Assembly: GCA_963693055.1 (NCBI GenBank)
Contig: OY843751.1
Span: 5,088,001-5,152,000, forward strand
DNA from: a bacterium
GTDB lineage: Bacteria > Zhuqueibacterota > Zhuqueibacteria > Residuimicrobiales > Krinioviventaceae
Reading direction: 5' to 3'
DNA length: 64,000 nucleotides
The notes under the pieces were generated by a model, which had not been told where the DNA came from, made no database searches, and saw only the letters and a program-made list of their open reading frames with translations. The translations under genes were made by a program, and so were the position numbers. Position 1 is the first letter of the stretch. Every line of letters begins with the position of its first letter. Positions 62,760-64,000 of this stretch are shown here, piece by piece.

Positions 62760-63245
62760 TTATGGTTTAAATCTTCTTGTAATAAAGAAATCAATGGGGC
62801 CGATATCAAAATATTCATCATCAATTTTTATATAATTTTGAGCCTTAATAGTTACTTTATCTCCAATATTTAATATTTTATCTCCTTTATAATAAAATCC
62901 ATATCTAAAAATGTCGCTCTCTTTATTGAGATTTACATTTAACTTTTCATATTCTTTTCCTTTATAAAGAATATAATATTCAGCTTGATTATCATTAAAA
63001 AATATTTTTAATGAATCCAAAAAAAATTGAATTGAATCTTTAGTATTTACACTTTCAAGTACGCCAAAATGTATATTATGCATTGTATCTAAACTAAATG
63101 ATAAGGTAGTATTGTTAATATTAATTATTTTTTCATCACTTCCATTTTTTAATAATAATGTAGCCTTTGGATCACAACTAAAAAAAACAAAAAAAACAAG
63201 AACACCAAATTGAAATATTTTACAATTTCCAGGGATTTTTTCCAT
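62760..63245 (-). CDS. AT-rich lipoprotein, candidate immunity protein
   Basis: FFSC lipobox-like signal, start overlaps the end of the upstream toxin-like gene. Confidence 0.6.
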   Translation of the reverse strand: MEKIPGNCKIFQFGVLVFFVFFSCDPKATLLLKNGSDEKIININNTTLSFSLDTMHNIHFGVLESVNTKDSIQFFLDSLKIFFNDNQAEYYILYKGKEYEKLNVNLNKESDIFRYGFYYKGDKILNIGDKVTIKAQNYIKIDDEYFDIGPIDFFITRRFKP

Positions 63246-64000
63246 ATGCAATCCTTTCCTGATAATTTGCACGTCCCTTTGAATCATGACCTATCGATAA
63301 AGCATAGTACATTTGTAATATAAAATTTGGAAAAAAAGAATTATTAAAAGCTCGTGAGGTCCATAGATGATGAAGTTCATGTTTCCAATAATTAGTTCCA
63401 GGAGCTTCATTAATAACACTAAAAGCTCCAAAGCCTCTACCATTTATACTTTTTATTGTACCACCTGTATAATAAGGTGTTAAATGATTCTTATCAAATC
63501 CCCATTCCCCCTTACCAAAGAATTTATTTCCAATACCTAATGCATTAATAGCAATATTTCCAATATTATTTTCAGCTTGCAATAAGCGCTGATTTTTACC
63601 AAATGTAAAATTAACTGGGCCAACTCCAATAGTATATTTTGAAAATAGATCTCTTCCTGCAGCCCAATTATTCCCAACGGAACTACCTGCGGTTGCTAAA
63701 CCTTGATATCCAAGTCTCCCCCAGAATCCCTTTTTAACCATACCAAATCCACCGGTAATATTAAAAGCACCAGAAGCAGCTCCAGTAATACCAAACTTCC
63801 AAAGATCACCACCATTTGCACCTGATGAATAAGCCATAGCCATATTAACATTAGCACCATTGACAATACTCGATGTTATACCCCAACTCGTTGTTGCAGC
63901 AACTTGTGGAGTTCCAACCCCAGTAGCAATGGCTGAGGGATATAAAGGAACAGCAATCATAGAACCAATTCCTGCTCCAATAAAACCACCTGTAATAGCT
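63220..64000 (-). CDS. C-terminal part of a probable RHS-type polymorphic toxin (5' end outside window)
   Basis: Gly/Ala-rich hydrophobic linker like the neighbouring module, HELHH (HExxH) near the C-terminus. RHS core itself not visible. Confidence 0.6.
   Translation of the reverse strand, partial: AITGGFIGAGIGSMIAVPLYPSAIATGVGTPQVAATTSWGITSSIVNGANVNMAMAYSSGANGGDLWKFGITGAASGAFNITGGFGMVKKGFWGRLGYQGLATAGSSVGNNWAAGRDLFSKYTIGVGPVNFTFGKNQRLLQAENNIGNIAINALGIGNKFFGKGEWGFDKNHLTPYYTGGTIKSINGRGFGAFSVINEAPGTNYWKHELHHLWTSRAFNNSFFPNFILQMYYALSIGHDSKGRANYQERIAYGKNPWKL

Overview
Bacterial chromosomal window, probably from an FCB-superphylum organism (KSB1/Calditrichota-like). This is inferred from five proteins ending in YPNPFN...LLK T9SS/FlgD-type sorting domains, Tat-signal Gfo/Idh/MocA enzymes and polysaccharide hydrolases (GH51, GH78, GH95, SGNH). 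Left to right it holds: two triplets of tandem outer-membrane paralogs; a decayed IS3-orfA/EF-hand islet; a TetR-AKR-SDR unit; sugar-degrading genes; a Cys-rich MerR regulator divergent from a nine-heme cytochrome c with a T9SS-type tail; a REP-rich spacer; an M43/PKD protease; a run of small accessory genes; a HesB-like selenoprotein missed by the ORF track (in-frame TGA plus SECIS-like hairpin); deoC with a putative microcompartment peptide; an mglB-mglA-roadblock operon; and tRNA-Val/tRNA-Asp. Downstream of tRNA-Asp lie ~89-bp repeats derived from the tRNA 3' end, which flank a GIY-YIG nuclease. They run into a ~330-bp repeated element that punctuates RHS toxin-immunity cassettes, one resembling the myxobacterial SitA6/SitI6 pair. 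Family assignments come from motif recognition by eye; no database searches were run.
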